Below, piece by piece: positions 22,902 to 27,421 of a stretch of 27,421 nucleotides of DNA. The position numbers and the translations under genes are program-made. Source of the DNA: Mesotaenium endlicherianum. Lineage: Eukaryota. The notes below the pieces were generated by a model that was not told the DNA's origin, did no database searches, and saw only the letters and a program-made list of their open reading frames with translations. Position 1 is the stretch's first letter. Each line of letters opens with the position of its first letter. The DNA lies in the NCBI GenBank assembly GCA_009602735.1, contig WELA01001736.1:83837-111257 (forward strand), in the 5' to 3' direction.

Positions 22902-23655
22902 TCAGCAACAGCAGCAGCAACAGCAGCACGGGCACGGGCAGATGCACCCGCAGCAGCAGCACCACCAGCAGCAGGGGCAGGGGCAGGGACAGGGGCTTGG
23001 CCAGGCGCAGAGCCCCCGCGGTGGTGGGCTGCACTTGGCAGCGGCAGGTGGCACGGAGACGCGGGCGGCAAATGGGGCCCTGTCGCCCACATCTGGCGGA
23101 ATCGGTCAGTCAGTGCCTGAGCCTCCTGCCTCACTGACGATGCCATCTGGCCTCGCTGCGGCTCTGGCTCGCGCCTCGGCTTCGGCCACAGCCCCTGCCA
23201 ATTACAGCCACTCCTCCAGCGTGCCGTCCACCTGGCCGCCCGTGCCCCACGTGTTCTTCCCGCCCGCCAGCACGCCCCAGCTGGCGGCCCCTTCCCGCCA
23301 GGCTGGCGGTGCCAGCTCACCGCCCCTCCAGGCTGCTGGTGGCAGCAGGCCAGCAGATGCGGAGGATGATGATGACGAGTACTCTTCCGGCTCGGGAGAT
23401 GATGACTCCCCCGGCGCAACCAATGCGGCGGCGCCACATGGCTGGCCCCGTGGGCAGCCAGAGCTGCTGCCTCTGCTGCACTTGCAGATCGGGCTGGGGC
23501 GGCTGCAGCAGGAGGTTCCAGGTGGGCAGCAGCAGAGGGAGGAGCAGCAGCCACGCACCCCCAGGGGGAAGGGCCTTGGCTCCCGCCGCCAGGCAGATGC
23601 TGGCCAGGTGGCGCTCTCCAGGGAGCCCCGCTGGCACGAGCAGCAGAGACTATGA
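15569..23655 (+). CDS. PBRP1: Plant-specific TFIIB-related protein 1 (pBRP1); join(15569..16600,18297..18458,19326..19484,20272..23655), ~1,578 aa with long low-complexity C-terminal extension
   Basis: Zn ribbon CPHC...CRVC, then the pBRP-type motifs EDDPFESVGFISAFS, GQLAELER, DNVRAYLQIVE, ISVHMPRFC, ELATHIGDVVITKSFCTRRNPISISAAAIYLSCQLEDTRKTQ and VTLRKVYKELLENLDDLLPPNYTPAVPPERAFP. Three phase-0 GT-AG introns. An in-frame TAG at 15533-15535 lies upstream of the ATG. Confidence 0.92.
18297..18458 (+). CDS. PBRP1: pBRP1 coding exon 2
   Basis: ttgcag acceptor just after the 441-N gap (17842-18282); EVAAASGIAAKDM...ISVHMPRFCGILQLQDSTL; donor at 18459. Confidence 0.88.
19326..19484 (+). CDS. PBRP1: pBRP1 coding exon 3 (cyclin fold 2)
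   Basis: ELATHIGDVVITKSFCTRRNPISISAAAIYLSCQLEDTRKTQTEICKATGLTE; ggcag/gtacgc boundaries. Confidence 0.92.
20101..20184. repeat. 42-bp tandem duplication within the GT-rich 3' end of pBRP1 intron 3
   Basis: gcccccatgtgtgcgtgagcgtgc(c/g)tgttgc occurs at 20101 and 20143. Confidence 0.8.
20272..23655 (+). CDS. PBRP1: pBRP1 coding exon 4 (end of cyclin fold 2 plus ~1,090-aa low-complexity tail)
   Basis: VTLRKVYKELLENLDDLLPPNYTP, then a frame that stays open to TGA at 23653-23655; cryptic introns inside it cannot be excluded. Confidence 0.75.
22255..22386 (+). repeat. CAG/CAA coding repeat (polyglutamine); second tract at 22870-22926
   Basis: Read directly, in frame with pBRP1 exon 4. Confidence 0.9.
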
Positions 23656-25371
23656 TTGGGACTGCGGGAACGCCTCGTCTCTGAGCGAGCGCCGCTCTCC
23701 TGCAATGCCTAGCCGCCAACGGTGCTGCGTGCACGTTCTCAGTGATGCGGTTGCGGGCGCTGGTGCTGCTCTGGCGCTCGCTTGTGCGTCCTGCAGCTTA
23801 CCTGTGCTCACCCTGGAGTGAAGATTGTGGTTGCTCATGCAGGCAGGCTAGTGCCAGCTCAGCAACGACACACCTGGCCTATTGCTGATCTGACCTTTTT
23901 GCTCTTGGGCTGGTTCCTTGAGTCGGAAAGAGACTCTTTCGAAGGATTTCGAGCTGGCCAACTGGGGCCAGGTGGCTAGGCTGGTGTGCAGGTAGTAGGA
24001 AGGTAGGTAGGATACAGGGGGGTGCACTGGCTCGGGGCAGATGCAAGGGGTGTTGACACGCAAGGCTGCTAGCTGTCGCTCATGGGTGCCACTGTTGATA
24101 TAGCCCATGCGTGTGCGAGGTCGTGATGTCACCTCGCGGCACTTGATTGGTAGTGTTCGTTAGGTGAAGAGGCAGCTGGTAGAATGGTTAGGTCTGGGCA
24201 CCTCAGGTGGCTTCAGTGGCGGGTCTTTGGATGGTGGGTGTGTGTGTGGGTGTGGATGCGCTGTAGTTGGGATGGGATGGTTGCCTGTCGGTAGTCAATA
24301 CGCTTGCAGATGCATATTTATAAGGAGAAAGATGTTGTCAGAGGAGGTACTTGAGGGAGTGGTCGACGTGTCACTCAATTTATGTAATTTTTTTAGGAGG
24401 GTACCGGCCAAATGAGCGGTTGGATCCTTACATCCAGAAAGTATTACGCTAATACCCTCACACCATAAGCGATGCGTACGATCAAGGTTGCTGCGCCTCA
24501 CAGCTTTCTGCTTTGCTCACTGAGCATATCTATTTTGGGGGCTTCTTTCAGCCATAGCCGTCACTTTATGCGAGATGTTGACACTCAATGGCGCGTAATA
24601 CTCCTTCAAGCTGCTCCTCAAGCATCTGATCTGGGAGCACAAGAATTACTGACTGTTGTGCTTCGATGCTCTGTCCGTACAAGAGAAAAGGTTAACGTGT
24701 ACTAAATTATGCATGCAGCACGTGCCAGCTAATAGCGTAGTTAGAGAGAGCCAAACAGAAGCCATGCCGGGCGATCCAAATCAGAAGCTTCTCTGGCACT
24801 GTGATAGAAAAGCCCAAGGGCTGCCAGAGAGCTGAGGCTCACTCACTCACAAGTTGCATATGTTCAGTAGCAACCAGTGCATGGTTGAGAGGTGCGTATT
24901 GAAAAGAACCAGTTTCAAAAAACAAGAGAAGACTACCATACAACCTGAATATCAATCTGATCAGTGCATCTATCGTTGGCTGCGACCCTGCAGCCAACAA
25001 GACGTGCCTGTTCTTTCTGCCAGGACAGACACACTACATATGTACCTCCTCTGGCTACTAAAACAATTGAAGCCAGATATTTAGACCTCTACTGCATAGA
25101 CATACATATATACTAGCTGCAGAAACTCCTCACACTGCGGCATTCTAGGCACCTCCACACGAGGCGGAGGTGCACTCTAGTTTTGACGAAGACTAGACAC
25201 CCCAAGCCACACCTTTCATATGTATATATATGAGCTTTTAACCTTACATATACTGACCTGGGACTCTAGAGGCAAACCTATATACACACTAATTTGACTC
25301 ACGTCCTAGGAGAACTATACACAGCCAGGAGGGACCCTGAACACAGTCAGGAGAGACCCTGACCCTCACCC

Positions 25372-27383
25372 TCACACAGACTTGACAGAGTAGTACGTGG
25401 CATAGCACATTAGCACAAGCGCAAAGCCCGCAGCACGGAGCGCCGACTGAAGGAACTTGCGAAACACGGTCTCAAACTCCCCGTCCGCAGCCTCCCCGCC
25501 CGGCGCGGCGCCGCCACCCGCCCCTTCTGGCGGCAGGAGGAGGGGCGCGGCCTTGTCCCAGACGCTCTTCAGCGTCGAGGCCACATAGAGCAGCACAAAG
25601 GCAGGCAGAACTTCAAAGGCCCGCGCGACGACATTCTGAGGCAGCCGCGCCCGCCAGGCAGACAGGGCACCCAGAGCGGCCGCAAATCCAGCCACGAGCA
25701 GCAGGGAGACGTACGTGTCGGCAAGGCTGGCAAGGGGCTGAGGGATACGCAGTGCGCGCAACCTCTGCCCGAGCTTTGGCAGCAGGGACGGGAGCTGTGG
25801 CAGCGCCACCCGTCCAGGCTGAGCTGGCGCCGCCTTCTCCATGTGGCTGTGATCCTCTTGGGGCGCTTTCACTTCACCTTTTGGTCCCTCACCTCCACCT
25901 CTTGCTCCTCCTCCTCCGCCTCCCTGGGCCTCTGCCCCCCCATTCAGCTCCGCATGCAATGCCTCCCTGGCAGCCTCCAGGTCGTCCACGGTGCGCCTCT
26001 GGGTGCACGTGTGGGCGGGCTTCTCGTCCAATTGCTGCCCCAGCTGAGACCCCACGGATGTAAGAGACGCGTGGTCCCCGCCGCCCTTAGATCTCCCCGC
26101 ACGCGCCTTGCGAGCCTTCTCCTCCTCCTCCTCCTCCTCCTCTTTTTTTACTACCAGCCCCAGATGCCCCTGCTTCATTCCCTGATGCGTGCCAGGGCTG
26201 CCAGCTGTGCTAGCTGTGCCAGCAGAAGCAGCAGAAGCAGCAGAAGTGCCAGCAGGATGGTCTGAAGAAGTCCCTGCAGCTGCTCCTGCAGCAGCAGCCG
26301 ATACTCCCAGAGCTTGGGGGGGAAAGCCCCCCCTCCCGCCCTCCTTGCCTCCGCCAGCGGCTGCTCCAGCAGCTGGTGCCAGGTGGGTGGGAGTGCGTGC
26401 CTCTTGTGCCTCCGCAGCATGGCTCCTGCTTCCACCAGCTGTCGCATGCCCGTCAGGCGCGAAGCTGACGGTCTCAGCCCCAGCGGCTGACCGAAAGAGG
26501 GGGCCTCCTCCAACCACCGGGAGAGTGACACCTGTCCTGGCAGCGCTGCTGCTCACGTGCGCGCGGTGGCGAGGCTCAGGCTCCGCCACGTGCCCCTCTG
26601 CCAGCGCGGCAGCGCTCGAGCAGATGCGAAATGCGAGGTCCTCCCTCCTGAGGGCGACGCCACCAGCGAGCGCCACTGCCGGGGCGGGGGCAGCACTTCC
26701 GAGCAAATGCGGCGGCGGTGACGAGGCCGCCACCTGGCGGCTGCCCTGCTTCTCAGACTGGGGCCCCGCCGCGTGATGCTCCTGCTGCACTTCCCTATGG
26801 AGCTCCAGCTCCAGTTCCCTCTCCTGCTCCTGCACGTGCATCAGCAGGGGCACAGGCGCGTGCCCCCCTGCGTGCGCGTGTACGTGGGCGTGTGGGTCTG
26901 CGCGCTCGAGGGAGGCCGCGGCGGCGCTTCCTGACTGGCGGGAGTCTCCATCTCTCCTCTGCGTCATCGCCGCCCAGCCCCTGGCAACGGCGTCCCTGGC
27001 CTGCGCCAGCACGGCCCCATTGCCCGGCACAGCCGCGCCCGCAGCCGCGTGGGCAGGCGCAGGGGCAGCAGACGCACCAGGGGCAGGCGCAGCAGGGGCA
27101 GGGGGAGCTGGAGTACGAGCAGCAGCAGCAGCAGCAGCAGCAGGAGGAGGAGGAGGAGGAGGAGGGGCAGCAGCAAGGTCGAGCCCGATGATCTCCAAGA
27201 GGAGCTCGCGGGATGGGGGGGCGGCGTTGGGCTCGTGCGCGTCCGAGGAGGAGGCACCGCTGCTGCCGCTGCGGGTGCGGCGGCGCGAGAGGAAGCCCAC
27301 GACAGCCGCGTGGGGCCTCCTGGAGCTTCGCTGGGCCGCCTCCACGTGCTCGTACAGGAACAGCACCGAACCATCTGGCAGCT
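25372..27383 (-). CDS. Large terminal exon of an uncharacterised protein: Ala/Gly/Pro-rich disordered body plus about three C-terminal hydrophobic segments; 5' end probably outside the window
   Basis: 678-codon open frame in the ORF track (25372..27408); likely acceptor gcgcag ending at 27384; hydrophobic stretches YVSLLLVAGFAAALGALSAW, VLPAFVLLYVAST and AAGFALVLMCYATYY before TGA. Confidence 0.7.
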
Positions 27384-27421
27384 CTGCGCTCGGCGCCACG
27401 CACAGCACAACGCCCCCCCCC

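Noticed and set aside
15554..23734. Numerous long antisense and alternate-frame ORFs over pBRP1
   Set aside because: These are expected shadows of high-GC coding sequence, with no recognisable domains.

Overview
This is eukaryotic, intron-rich genomic DNA, with GC-rich coding exons, microsatellite-filled introns and scaffold N gaps. Gene content points to a plant-lineage organism, probably a streptophyte green alga (inference). Four protein-coding genes can be read after manual splicing. (1) The 3' part of a BTB/POZ-BACK-discoidin (F5/8 type C) gene like Arabidopsis At2g30600, + strand, 512-7074; three of its exons occur twice in an apparently identical 1,792-bp tandem duplication joined by one N, probably an assembly artefact. 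(2) A two-exon DUF3143 gene with a probable plastid transit peptide, - strand, 13074-12051. (3) A plant-specific TFIIB-related gene (pBRP1), + strand, four coding exons, 15569-23655, about 1,578 aa, with a very large Q/A/G-rich C-terminal extension and a low-complexity insertion in the first cyclin fold. (4) A large terminal exon of an uncharacterised protein with C-terminal hydrophobic segments, - strand, about 27383-25372. Other signals are G-rich 3' splice sites that lack polypyrimidine tracts paired with C-rich intron 5' ends, a dense GTAC cluster between the divergent DUF3143 and pBRP1 genes, and a possible decayed LRR coding fragment at about 8.5-9.0 kb. I saw no CRISPR array, rRNA, intact tRNA or intact transposon. 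Most ORFs in the supplied track are shadow or low-complexity frames. Family assignments come from recalled sequence similarity, not from a database search.
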